Virus record (IMG/VR): IMGVR_UViG_3300037067_027616
Location: 320,001-384,000 of that record
Direction: 5' to 3' (one strand)
DNA from: a virus
Taxonomy: Duplodnaviria > Caudoviricetes
Length of the DNA: 64,000 nucleotides
Shown: in pieces, positions 52,011 to 61,526 of the stretch
How positions within the stretch are numbered: the first letter of the stretch is position 1
Layout of the letters: the number at the start of each line of letters is the position of its first letter
The notes under the pieces: generated by a model
The model's input: only the letters and a program-made list of their open reading frames with translations
What the model was told of the DNA's origin: nothing
The model's database searches: none
Made by a program: the position numbers and the translations under genes

Positions 52011-53642
52011 ATGGTAACCAGATACGTTAATACAGCATCGACTGCGGGTGGAAACGGCACCACTAATGATATAGTGGGGGCTAATAGGGCTTTTGCTTCT
52101 CTACAAGGGGCCGCAACTGCCTTGGTTTCATTGAATGCTGATGACAACTTGGAAATAGTGTGTTGTGGTTCAGTAGCAGATATAAATGCCCCAACAGTTG
52201 TAGTAACCGGGATGGTAACAGCGGGGCATACGGTAACTATAAAAAGTAATAGAAACGTTTCAAGTGGATTTCATGGCGGAATATGGAATGGTAACACATA
52301 CCGAATTGTTAGTACTTCTGCTAATTATGCACTTTCAATAGGTACAACTGCTCGTGTTTTTATTGTTGACGGAATTCAGTTTCATCAAGCGTATAATTCT
52401 TCTTGTTTTCAATGTGGCTCCTATTCTCCAGAAGGAACAACAATAAAAAATTGCGTCTTTAAAGGTTCTGGAGCGCTCAATGCTCAATTGATAGTGTTCT
52501 CTGGTTCCCAAGCTAAAATAATTGTGCATAATTGTGCATTAAGTAACAGTTCAGGTCTGGCTAATACAAGAGGAATTCATTTTGATTTAAGTTCATATGG
52601 CTCTGGAAAAGTATATAATTGTGTTTTATCCGGATTTAATTATGGTATTGCAGCAGGATACACCACAGCAAAAAACTGCATAGCTTTTAATAATAATGTT
52701 GATATTAGCGTAGGTACGATAGACCATTGTGCTTCTGATGATGGTGTTGGAACAAATCCCATAGTTGTATCTAATTGGGCAGACCAATTCTATAATGCAA
52801 ATTATTTGGCAGATTGTGACTTCAGATTAAAATCAACTTCTGTCCTTCTCAATGCGGGTATAGGTCCTGCTTCGGATTCAGTTGTCCCTGTTGATGATAT
52901 TATTGCGTTTGAGCGTTCGGGAATTACGGCAACAGTAGGCCCGTTTGAATATAAATGGAACTATGTCCCGTGTGTGGTGAACACTTTGCATGGATCCACA
53001 GGCGGTCAGTTTTGGAGCACGAAATGCATGCCCAGCAGGCATTTCGTTAAGTATTCCAGGGGGTTGTCGGATAACTTAGGTACAACAGGTTTGCAAGGAT
53101 CCACAGGCATACCCCTTCAAGGAATAACAGGTACACAAGGTGTCCAAGGCGAAACAGGCGTACAAGGCGCCCAAGGCGTAACAGGAGTAGGACTTGATGG
53201 TGCAACCGGAGTCCAAGGAGCGACCGGAGTCCAAGGGGGAGCCACAGGGTTACGGGGAGTGGTCGGGATCCTTCCTGGAACAACCGGCGTGATGATGCTT
53301 TCATTTGATGGTGGCGACACGGCGATTCAAGTCGGGTACCGTACCACAGCAAAACTGCCATACAAAAGTGTTATCAATGGGTGGGAGGCGGTGCTCACGG
53401 AAACAGGTACATTTGTGACCGAATTGTCCGTGGGGTCGTACGCCAATTGGGCCTCGGCGGTAACAATGAATACGGGTGACACGGGCCCACACGTGATCAA
53501 TGGAATAAAGAATAGTGATGAGGACTTGTCCAATTGGGCAGGAACCACGGGTGCCTACGGGGAGTATCTGCAAGTCAACGTCCTGCAGTCAACGGTGAAG
53601 CAGGCATCGGTGGCTTTAAAACACTACGAGAATAGGACATAA
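52011..53642 (+). CDS. Fibre/adhesin paralogue: beta-helix-like head, collagen, conserved C-domain
   Basis: MVTRYVNTASTAGGNGTTN with the same architecture as 50415. Confidence 0.7.
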   Translation: MVTRYVNTASTAGGNGTTNDIVGANRAFASLQGAATALVSLNADDNLEIVCCGSVADINAPTVVVTGMVTAGHTVTIKSNRNVSSGFHGGIWNGNTYRIVSTSANYALSIGTTARVFIVDGIQFHQAYNSSCFQCGSYSPEGTTIKNCVFKGSGALNAQLIVFSGSQAKIIVHNCALSNSSGLANTRGIHFDLSSYGSGKVYNCVLSGFNYGIAAGYTTAKNCIAFNNNVDISVGTIDHCASDDGVGTNPIVVSNWADQFYNANYLADCDFRLKSTSVLLNAGIGPASDSVVPVDDIIAFERSGITATVGPFEYKWNYVPCVVNTLHGSTGGQFWSTKCMPSRHFVKYSRGLSDNLGTTGLQGSTGIPLQGITGTQGVQGETGVQGAQGVTGVGLDGATGVQGATGVQGGATGLRGVVGILPGTTGVMMLSFDGGDTAIQVGYRTTAKLPYKSVINGWEAVLTETGTFVTELSVGSYANWASAVTMNTGDTGPHVINGIKNSDEDLSNWAGTTGAYGEYLQVNVLQSTVKQASVALKHYENRT

Positions 53643-53644
53643 AG

Positions 53645-54322
53645 ATGGCGTTCCCAACCGGGGCCATAAACGACCAAGTTTACACATCCAAATACGGGAC
53701 GCGCTACAAGTACGTCTCGGCCTCGAATAAATGGTTGCAGTATGCCGCCCCTTTGTATGGGAGCATCGGGGAGCAGGGGATGACGGGTGCGCCCGGTTTG
53801 ACGGGTACTCAAGGAAGCATCGGTGTGGCCGGGGAGACAGGATCGCAGGGTGTACAAGGAACCGCAGGCGCCACAGGCGGCCCGGGTACACAAGGGGCTA
53901 CGGGAATTGCTGGTGAAGCGAGCGAAGGGGCTATTGGTATTATCGGTTACTACGGTGCAGCCACGGGAGTCCTGTCTTTTTCATTAAATGCCGGGGACTC
54001 GTATCTTAAACGATACACGCAAGTCACCGTGAAGGTCCCCTACAACATTAATTTGAACTCTTGGGAAGTTGTTTCTAAAGAAACAGGATTTTTTTCCTGT
54101 GACGTGAAGGCCTGTAATTATTCAGATTGGCCTGAACCTTATACGATGAATCTTGGGGGCACTGGACCCTATTTGAATAATGCAATCAAAAACAGTGCGT
54201 CTTCCATGTCTGGGTGGACAGCAACAAACGTTCCATCGCCCAACTATATGCAGGCGTATGTAGGTTCTGGAACCACCGGGGTTAAGAACATCACGGTTTC
54301 GTTGAACTACTCGAGGTATTAG
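53645..54322 (+). CDS. Headless collagen plus C-domain paralogue
   Basis: MAFPTG..YKY...KW linker domain, G-X-Y run, and a C-domain (SWEVVSKETG..GGTGPYL..KN..MSGW) homologous to those of 47318, 50415 and 52011. Confidence 0.7.
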   Translation: MAFPTGAINDQVYTSKYGTRYKYVSASNKWLQYAAPLYGSIGEQGMTGAPGLTGTQGSIGVAGETGSQGVQGTAGATGGPGTQGATGIAGEASEGAIGIIGYYGAATGVLSFSLNAGDSYLKRYTQVTVKVPYNINLNSWEVVSKETGFFSCDVKACNYSDWPEPYTMNLGGTGPYLNNAIKNSASSMSGWTATNVPSPNYMQAYVGSGTTGVKNITVSLNYSRY

Positions 54323-54324
54323 CC

Positions 54325-55314
54325 ATGGTATACAGGTATGTAAACACTGATTCTACTGCTGGTGGTAATGGAACCACCAACGAAACCGCAGGTGATAATC
54401 GGGCTTGGGCAACCATGGCAGAGGCAGAACTTGCATTGAGGAACGGAAGCATCAGTGACGATCTTAAAGTTCTGTTTTGTGGTTCGGCCATAGACAGCAA
54501 CTCTTCTCAAGTGTCTTGGCTACAAAACACATATACTTATGTAACGGGTGCTAAAAATATATTTTTGTATGCAAACAGTAAAGACCCAAAGGGTTATCAC
54601 GGAGGGGTTTGGAAAAATGACAGATACATATTTCAAAGTACTACAAGCACGGATCCTGCCGTTTTGTTCAAAGCGGGAGGTGGTTCTGATATCTATATAA
54701 ATGGGTTGCAGTTTCTAATGTCAAATACGGGTTCCGGTGTATCATTATATGTTGATGGATCTGGTGCTAGTAATTATGCCTCGATGAACAGATGCTTGAT
54801 AAAAAGAACAACAACCGGGACAGGTTCTACAGTAATGTCAAATGGGTATGAGGGCGGTGTATCTTTTTACAACACAATTGCTGTTGGAACAGGATATGGG
54901 TTTGGTTTTGCCCAAGAGAGATGGACAAGTTATGCTAATTGTTTAGCATACAACTTTAATCGTGGGATAGGTAGCGCAGGTTACCAACCGCAGGTGTATA
55001 ATTGTGTATCGTTTAACAATGTTCAAGAGGATATATACAACGCTTCTACCATAGATTATTGTGCCACTGATGACGGGATGGGGACACACCCTGTAGTGGT
55101 GAGTAATTGGTCCGACCAATTCAGCAATCCGAATTACGCCACCGACATGGATTTCCGGTTGAAACCGACATCCATTCTCATAAAAGCCTGCCCGGCGTAT
55201 GTGGGGGCTTCTATGGGAAGCGCCCTCAGGTCAGGCTTAACGGAAATAGGCCCGTTCGCGTATACATTTTTCAAACAACGATATCCTGTTGTTTTTTCCT
55301 CGCAAGGTAAATGA
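54325..55314 (+). CDS. Stand-alone beta-helix-like head paralogue
   Basis: MVYRYVNTDSTAGGNGTTN...IDYCATDDG..VSNWSDQF..DFRLK, with no collagen. Confidence 0.7.
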   Translation: MVYRYVNTDSTAGGNGTTNETAGDNRAWATMAEAELALRNGSISDDLKVLFCGSAIDSNSSQVSWLQNTYTYVTGAKNIFLYANSKDPKGYHGGVWKNDRYIFQSTTSTDPAVLFKAGGGSDIYINGLQFLMSNTGSGVSLYVDGSGASNYASMNRCLIKRTTTGTGSTVMSNGYEGGVSFYNTIAVGTGYGFGFAQERWTSYANCLAYNFNRGIGSAGYQPQVYNCVSFNNVQEDIYNASTIDYCATDDGMGTHPVVVSNWSDQFSNPNYATDMDFRLKPTSILIKACPAYVGASMGSALRSGLTEIGPFAYTFFKQRYPVVFSSQGK

Positions 55315-55340
55315 TAGCGGTAGATGAAACCGCTCTCTGC

Positions 55341-55356
55341 GTAATTTCCTACTAAT
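55341..55356 (+). promoter_or_regulatory. Candidate late-promoter motif (copy upstream of the structured element)
   Basis: GTAATTTCCTACTAAT fits GTAAT-N3-CWAYTAAT. Confidence 0.4.
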
Positions 55357-55385
55357 ACCCGCACCTCTACGTGGGTCTCATGGAA

Positions 55386-55482
55386 CTCTTGAAACAAGAG
55401 CGCGTTGATTCATTTTGCAATGACGGTCACTATGAGGTCTCCGTCGATTGCAAGCCAACGACTTCAGTCGTGGGTAGTTTAC
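55386..55482. mobile_element. Structured non-coding element ending in an IS200/IS605-like terminal hairpin (PATE / orphan omegaRNA-like)
   Basis: CAAGCCAACGACTTCAGTCGTGGGTAGTTTAC (55451-55482) resembles tnpB/iscB element ends. Additional hairpins at 55386-55400 and 55415-55453. No transposase or nuclease gene in the window. Confidence 0.55.
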
Positions 55483-55507
55483 GATTACATCCATATAGGC
55501 ACGTATA

Positions 55508-58500
55508 ATGGACGCAACCCTTGGACAGCAGAGAATAGGTGAACAACGGTTCAGTTCGGGAATAGAGTACGAGAAGCAGCTTCTCAGGCTCACCCGGGCT
55601 ATCCAGGATCGTTTGATCTCCGGCCTGCCCAGCAACTACTCCCGCGACAGAAATACCAACCTCGCTGAATTCTTCAGGATGGCGGCTAAAGAGTTTGCAC
55701 GCCTGCAGATATCCAGTTCCGATGTGAGCGATGACAAGTACCATGCCGACACACGCACGGAGTACTTGTGGCAGATACTCGGGGATACCTTGTTCCTCGG
55801 AGACCGGGCCATCAACGAGAACGTCACCGATGTGAAGTACAGAGAGTTCCTGTTGCGGGTGAGGAACGCATACTACGGCGGATCACGCCCGGCGAACATC
55901 CAAGCGGCGGTATCCGACATCGTAGGTCTGCCTGTAACTCTTAAAGAACTCTACCTTGAGGCCCGTAAAGAAGGGTCGTCCTACGGACTCAAGGACACCC
56001 ACAGGATGTTTTTCGAAATACTCATGGACGGGGTAGACTCCACATCCTCCATAGGACTCATCCTCGAAGACCTCAAATTTTTCATAGACATACTGAAGCC
56101 CGCCCACGTCCAATACGACACCAGGTTGATATGGACGGATGAGGCTCGTATACGTGAGCAGGATTGCACACCTAGTTATGATATGGCCGTATCCCCCGAT
56201 GTTTCCTACGGGGCTGACCGTATACACATGGTGACGTGGCTCTTGTCGAGCCTCTACCTGTACTCCGGTACCGACCCGGACGAAACTTGGGAAACCGGGG
56301 TCGTGGCGTCTGTCGATCTCGATAAACAAATAGTCTACACAGTTGATGACCGCCTGCTCGTTTACACCGCGTCCACGTTGTTCTACAGAAGGACGGGCAG
56401 CACCGATGAGGCCATAACCCCGGATATATTGGCGCCTTGGGACGATATCAGGTACTACGCCGTCAAGGACTCTGCATCGTCATCGGACGTGATAGACACC
56501 GAATGGGGTTACACAGGAACCATTTCGTGGGTCGATGAGTCCACCGAGGTCGTCTACCTCGACAGCGGGGCCGCTATATCCTACGGGGACGGGATCCTTG
56601 CCTACACGAGGGACGGTGCTGGAGAATATCGTATAGACATTTCCGACCTGTTGCCAGGTATGGACATTGCCTTCCGCGGCACGATGTACGACCACACGCA
56701 GTTCAAGTTCTATCAGACACCAACACAGGTATTAGCAAACCCTTCCAAGCAGTTTGATAGTGAAGTCATCGCCAGGCCGTTCTTCCAAGAGAATGTGGTC
56801 AAAAACCTCGAGTACCCGCCGGGGATGACTGCCGGGCCAAATTTGGTAGTGGTGGACGGTGTCGCCACAGTAGTGGAATACGACCCAAGGTTCTACGCGC
56901 GAGAGGGAGACACAAAATACCGCGAGAGGAAAATAGACCGTTACAGTTTGTCCATTGACGGCACTTACCAAACGCAATTCTCGGTCAATGACCCCGACCG
57001 CACGCTGACAAAAAATGAGTCCAAGACAATTTTCACGGATGTCTATGGGTACACGGGCATCAACGACCCAGCCGTGCAATATGCCATATCGGTCACCCAC
57101 ACGGGTGACCTTGTAGAGGACGGTGCGGCAGCCAAGGTGGCCGCCATCGGTGATGAAACACAGACATGCGAAAGAGCCGCTACATGCCAAGTCGTACCCT
57201 TCTATGAGGATCTACGTAAGTATTGGACGTGGCCAGATTTGCAGTTGGTGTCAGGGTTCTTCGTGGTAATGATGGACTTCCCGGACATCCCTGATGTCCC
57301 CGGCGCCCATGACATACCAGCGTGGTTCAGGATATCATCCGACCCCGATGTCTACCGCATGCCTTCCCTGCCTATGCTCGGCCCCGGGGGACTGCCGGCT
57401 ACAGCCGCCGATGTCGTAGTGTACGTAAATGGGCTGAAGGTGGATGATGCCATCGCCTACATCGACCCATGGGCGGGCATCATCGGTCTTAACTTCATAC
57501 CGCCTTTTGACGTCACCCTCCGCATAGATTATTGGTATAGCGCGAGATACCCGGCCGTCCAGAGTCATCTCGTGTCCATTGTCTCTCCTTCGCACCCACT
57601 GCCTGGTGATTTGGTGAGCATGATGACGGTCATATCCACCACGGGGATTGTCAAAAGGCTTTATTGGCCCTTCGAGGTCACCGACCCTGATTTGTACGGT
57701 GACGACAGGGATTACCAAGTCAACAAGTTCCCGATACTGAACGAGCGCGGTGAACTTGCCACCCCTGAAGATATCACGGTGTCCATAGGGGCTCCCATCG
57801 TTTATGGCACCACGGTGGTGTCAAGTTACATCGATGGGGACACTGTATTAGACTCCATGGGGGTTGATTGGTCAGGGGTTGCGGTGGGTGATATCATCGT
57901 CCTCGAATCGGACAACTACCTTGACCGTATGATGATGTATACCGTTCAGTCAGTGGATGCTTTGGCAGGCACACTTGTGATACCAGGTACCTTGCCTCCG
58001 TTGAGCACGTCCTACCCGTACCAGATTATCAGGTTCATTGAGGTGGAGGGCGCCGTTACTGATGTACGACCTCTCCTTGGACATATTCGTGTGAATTTCA
58101 TAGCCCCCACCGGGGTTGTGTTGAAGTTTGATTACCATTACACCTCGGAGCGCCGCGAGTATCTCATGGTGCCGGACGCCGTTTGTAATGGACTCACGGG
58201 GTCTGACTACTACGGATCTTCGCAGTATACCTCGGACACATACTACGGGCCGCGCTACGGGTATGGCATGCTTGAAGATGGGGCGTTTACGGGTCCGGAG
58301 ATTCCTGTCCGGCAGTTCGATGAGTTGATCGAGTACGGGTACCGCTACAGGGCATTCGACCTTACCGCCTCCGCCGTCCTTAACTCTGAAACATTGCTAT
58401 TGAACGGGTACACGGTGCCGTCTGAGCGCGGGTCTTTCAAAGGAAACTTGAGTAACCTCAACCAAGCCAGAGTCGCCTTCAGCCCGGAATATCTGACCGA

Positions 58501-59893
58501 TACAGGTAAAAACATCGTTCTTAACGACCCGTACCTCCACAATGGTCTTGAGCCGTATACCAAGCTAAACCCGGGTGTGCCTTTGTTCATTGAGAGCCAG
58601 ACCGATGATGGACATTACAGGTTGTTCAGCACCGCAGATGAACATCCGAGTTACGACCCGGACTACGAGGGTGGACACGATGTGCAGGCCGGCTTCACAA
58701 TCATAAACCCGGACGATGCAGGAATCATCGACCTTAATGGCGTGTGCGATTTGGCGGAAAACGGCCGTGCCACGATTTACTCGGATCTCAAGATGGTCAG
58801 AACTGACAATGGCGGGTATGATGCCCCGTTGTCGACATTGTCGGACAGTTCCAACGGTTTGCCGTTAAAGTCCACTATGGTGGAGCGTTACTACCCGAAC
58901 AGGGAACAGCGCATCAATGACTACCTTGATTACATCAACCAAGTTCCTTCGGAGTATAGCACGGGCACTCTCGTGTTCCTTTATGACTCCGACATTGTGA
59001 AGAGCAGGGTTTCCAACCTTTTTGGCATGCGCAAGGGTGATGCTTTGTTGGTTAAGGACGTTCCATATGTGTTCAACCAGACGTCTCAAGAGTGGGAAAC
59101 GGATATAAAGGACATCGAATACATCGTAATAGAGATCATTGATGCTGAAACGATACGGTTGAATACCCCGTTTGATGGCCCGAAAGGCGATTACAATTAT
59201 GAACTCACGAGGAGTTTCGTCTACAATGTTGACGTCTTTTTGAACGAGGTGGTCAGGTTCTTGAACTTTGGCTCAACGGGTTTATTGGGGACAACAGGAT
59301 TTGACTATGGTATAACGGGTACAGGGGGCTTGACCGGGGTCTATTTCAGCGACCCGGATCCCGACCCGTATCCACGCAACCCGGACAACCCGAACATACG
59401 TCACCCATCGGCTTATTACTACCCGATAGGGGACGTGGTTGTGGACGGTGTGACGTACCGCACGAACAGGACTCTGGGTGTCACCGGCGATGTGCTTACC
59501 TCTGACATCATAGATGCGGACGGCGACTCATATGGCTTCACGGGTCCTTTCGGTTCTGGACTTTCTAGCTACTATGAAACGGGTGCATACGGGGTCACTG
59601 GTCCGTTCTACACGGGGACTGAAGGTGGGAATTCAGGGTTCACGGGTCCGAGCGGTGCCTTGAACCTTGGCATAACAGGACCTGTTGAGTATGCAAACCC
59701 AAGAACTGTAGAAGAATATGATGTTTACCATGTTCCTGGTGGGTATACGGGCGATTTCTTCTCGTATAGCGAGGCGGAGTACCGGGTGCAGTGGAGGAAT
59801 TGGGATCAAGGTGTCATCATAGCCAGTATAGTAGAGGCTGGAGAAACAGGTACCCTTGCCGGATTGACTGGGGTCGTGGTTATACAAATCTGA
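55508..59893 (+). CDS. Baseplate wedge gp7 / P2 gpI-like protein with long C-terminal extension
   Basis: N-terminal LISGLPSNY, EYLWQILG, KYREFL..AYYGGS, ILKPAHVQY. The C-terminus is rich in G-x-T-G. Confidence 0.65.
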   Translation: MDATLGQQRIGEQRFSSGIEYEKQLLRLTRAIQDRLISGLPSNYSRDRNTNLAEFFRMAAKEFARLQISSSDVSDDKYHADTRTEYLWQILGDTLFLGDRAINENVTDVKYREFLLRVRNAYYGGSRPANIQAAVSDIVGLPVTLKELYLEARKEGSSYGLKDTHRMFFEILMDGVDSTSSIGLILEDLKFFIDILKPAHVQYDTRLIWTDEARIREQDCTPSYDMAVSPDVSYGADRIHMVTWLLSSLYLYSGTDPDETWETGVVASVDLDKQIVYTVDDRLLVYTASTLFYRRTGSTDEAITPDILAPWDDIRYYAVKDSASSSDVIDTEWGYTGTISWVDESTEVVYLDSGAAISYGDGILAYTRDGAGEYRIDISDLLPGMDIAFRGTMYDHTQFKFYQTPTQVLANPSKQFDSEVIARPFFQENVVKNLEYPPGMTAGPNLVVVDGVATVVEYDPRFYAREGDTKYRERKIDRYSLSIDGTYQTQFSVNDPDRTLTKNESKTIFTDVYGYTGINDPAVQYAISVTHTGDLVEDGAAAKVAAIGDETQTCERAATCQVVPFYEDLRKYWTWPDLQLVSGFFVVMMDFPDIPDVPGAHDIPAWFRISSDPDVYRMPSLPMLGPGGLPATAADVVVYVNGLKVDDAIAYIDPWAGIIGLNFIPPFDVTLRIDYWYSARYPAVQSHLVSIVSPSHPLPGDLVSMMTVISTTGIVKRLYWPFEVTDPDLYGDDRDYQVNKFPILNERGELATPEDITVSIGAPIVYGTTVVSSYIDGDTVLDSMGVDWSGVAVGDIIVLESDNYLDRMMMYTVQSVDALAGTLVIPGTLPPLSTSYPYQIIRFIEVEGAVTDVRPLLGHIRVNFIAPTGVVLKFDYHYTSERREYLMVPDAVCNGLTGSDYYGSSQYTSDTYYGPRYGYGMLEDGAFTGPEIPVRQFDELIEYGYRYRAFDLTASAVLNSETLLLNGYTVPSERGSFKGNLSNLNQARVAFSPEYLTDTGKNIVLNDPYLHNGLEPYTKLNPGVPLFIESQTDDGHYRLFSTADEHPSYDPDYEGGHDVQAGFTIINPDDAGIIDLNGVCDLAENGRATIYSDLKMVRTDNGGYDAPLSTLSDSSNGLPLKSTMVERYYPNREQRINDYLDYINQVPSEYSTGTLVFLYDSDIVKSRVSNLFGMRKGDALLVKDVPYVFNQTSQEWETDIKDIEYIVIEIIDAETIRLNTPFDGPKGDYNYELTRSFVYNVDVFLNEVVRFLNFGSTGLLGTTGFDYGITGTGGLTGVYFSDPDPDPYPRNPDNPNIRHPSAYYYPIGDVVVDGVTYRTNRTLGVTGDVLTSDIIDADGDSYGFTGPFGSGLSSYYETGAYGVTGPFYTGTEGGNSGFTGPSGALNLGITGPVEYANPRTVEEYDVYHVPGGYTGDFFSYSEAEYRVQWRNWDQGVIIASIVEAGETGTLAGLTGVVVIQI

Positions 59894-59909
59894 AAACGGA
59901 AATACTTGT

Positions 59910-60890
59910 ATGCCTGATGAAAAATTTTTCGAAACTCCCAGAGGGTTCGTCAACAAGTACGCCCCAGACAAGCCCCTTGTCGGACCACAGGGTGAGAGGT
60001 ACATAGAAGGTTACAAGGTCATTCCGGCAAAGAACGTCCCTTCGCGCACGAAAGGATTAGATCCAAAGGATGTACAGGGTCCTTTTGCTAAACAAGGCGA
60101 GAAGTCAGATGCTCGTTTCTACATGACAACTTCTTTGATTGGGGCGAAGCTGTACGCTTATAACACCTTCAACATCGACCGACACAAGCGCGGTTTAACC
60201 AAAGACTACCTTCGGATTAAAGAGCTCCACGAAAGGCACCCTGAAGAAGGCCCCACCCCTTCATATGATGAGTTTGTTAAAGGTTGGGGTGAACAGAAGG
60301 GTGCAGGTAAACCTTACTCTAGAGTGGCTATTATACACATTTCTCTCCTATCCAAAGGTGAAAAGCCTCGTAAGGATTTGTCAGAAACGATCGGAGGGTA
60401 TGGGGATCAAATTTGGGTGAATCACTCTGACATAGTCCCCGGAAGTATAGACATAGAAGTGGTTGGTTATTTTTCTGAAGATGACTTGAAGGATATTGAA
60501 AAGTTTGAATCGGACCAGAAAAGACCTCATAAAATTTCTGAGACTCCCGACATAAGAGTATGGTCTAAAACGAGATACGCTCCAGGGTCATTCTTTAAAA
60601 AAGATCAACCTCCTCCTATACTCAAAGCCTTGGAACCCTATGAAGTAGGTGGTGACCAATCGATGCCTCAGGATAAGGGTGTCACATTGGTTCAGATAAA
60701 AACTGACCAAAATCAATCGTATGCCAAACATTTGAAGCTACCTAAGCAATCCGTGGTTAAGATACTTCGGGAGAATGATTTTGTCAGCGACCACGAGTTA
60801 GTCCCCGGCAAAAAACATGAATTCTACTCGGTGAAACGAGCATCGGTTACACAGTACCTTCGCAAGTCAGCGAGTGTAATACTCAACTAA
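59910..60890 (+). CDS. Hypothetical protein, possible ADP-ribosyltransferase-like fold
   Basis: Order of motifs GYKV..KNVPS..GLDP, FYMTTS..AKLYA, VAIIHI, QIWV..DIVPGSI resembles Tpt1/KptA-like ART folds. The fold call is tentative. Confidence 0.4.
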   Translation: MPDEKFFETPRGFVNKYAPDKPLVGPQGERYIEGYKVIPAKNVPSRTKGLDPKDVQGPFAKQGEKSDARFYMTTSLIGAKLYAYNTFNIDRHKRGLTKDYLRIKELHERHPEEGPTPSYDEFVKGWGEQKGAGKPYSRVAIIHISLLSKGEKPRKDLSETIGGYGDQIWVNHSDIVPGSIDIEVVGYFSEDDLKDIEKFESDQKRPHKISETPDIRVWSKTRYAPGSFFKKDQPPPILKALEPYEVGGDQSMPQDKGVTLVQIKTDQNQSYAKHLKLPKQSVVKILRENDFVSDHELVPGKKHEFYSVKRASVTQYLRKSASVILN

Positions 60891-60906
60891 TCATTTTTAC
60901 TTATAG
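60876..60906 (+). promoter_or_regulatory. Candidate late-promoter motif (copy 2)
   Basis: GTAATACTCAACTAATCAT followed by TATAG, 68 nt before the ATG at 60944. Confidence 0.5.
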
Positions 60907-60943
60907 AAGGTCTACATCCACACCGTATTGACAAGGAACCAAA

Positions 60944-61525
60944 ATGCCGTCATTTATTGAAAAGTTGAAGAAGGCTGTCGCAGGGTCGTTGCGATACGCA
61001 GCCTTCACGATTTTGAAGGAGGAAACACACCACCTTCATGGCGAACTTATCCTGAAAGCGTACGAGGGCGGTAAGCTCGTCCATGAGTACAGGCAGAGCA
61101 ACATCATTGTCAACCTCGCTTCCGTCCTCATAGCAAGGCTTTTAAAAGACAGCAGCGAACCAGCAGGCGGGATAACCTACCTCGCTGTCGGAAGCGGGAA
61201 TTCGAGTTGGGACATGTTTGACCCACCCGCCCCAACAACCTCGCAGATCCTTCTTGAAAACGAATATTACCGCAAGCAGATAGACATGTCAACATTTGTG
61301 CACCCGGAAACTGGGGAGCCTACGACAACGAACACAAACATTGTCGACTATGTGGTTACGTTCGGAGAGGCCGAGGCCGTAGGCCCGATGGTGGAACTAT
61401 CGTTGTTTGGGGGTGACGCCACCGTAGCGAGTAACACAGGTACTATGATAAATTGGCGCACGATACCTGTAATAAACAAAACGTCCACGATGACTCTGAC
61501 GATCATTTTCAGGATTACCGCTTAA
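60944..61525 (+). CDS. Tail collar / fibre-attachment-like protein
   Basis: NIIVN, ITYLAVGSG, PTTSQILLENEYYRK, FGEAEAVG.MVELSLFG, INKTS..LTIIFRI is the pattern of phage fibre-collar N-domains. Confidence 0.65.
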   Translation: MPSFIEKLKKAVAGSLRYAAFTILKEETHHLHGELILKAYEGGKLVHEYRQSNIIVNLASVLIARLLKDSSEPAGGITYLAVGSGNSSWDMFDPPAPTTSQILLENEYYRKQIDMSTFVHPETGEPTTTNTNIVDYVVTFGEAEAVGPMVELSLFGGDATVASNTGTMINWRTIPVINKTSTMTLTIIFRITA

Positions 61526-61526
61526 G

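Noticed and set aside
50415-55314. Diversity-generating retroelement or invertase shufflon acting on the fibre paralogues
   Set aside because: No reverse transcriptase or recombinase in the window, all cassettes are on one strand, and paralogue differences are general synonymous divergence rather than adenine-specific.
55316-55334. Intrinsic terminator after 54325
   Set aside because: A 6-bp hairpin is present but has no U-tract, so it was not called.
55483-55502. In-window target for the putative omegaRNA guide
   Set aside because: Only 9-nt partial matches (GATTACATC near 45385 and 58928) were noticed, which is within chance expectation.
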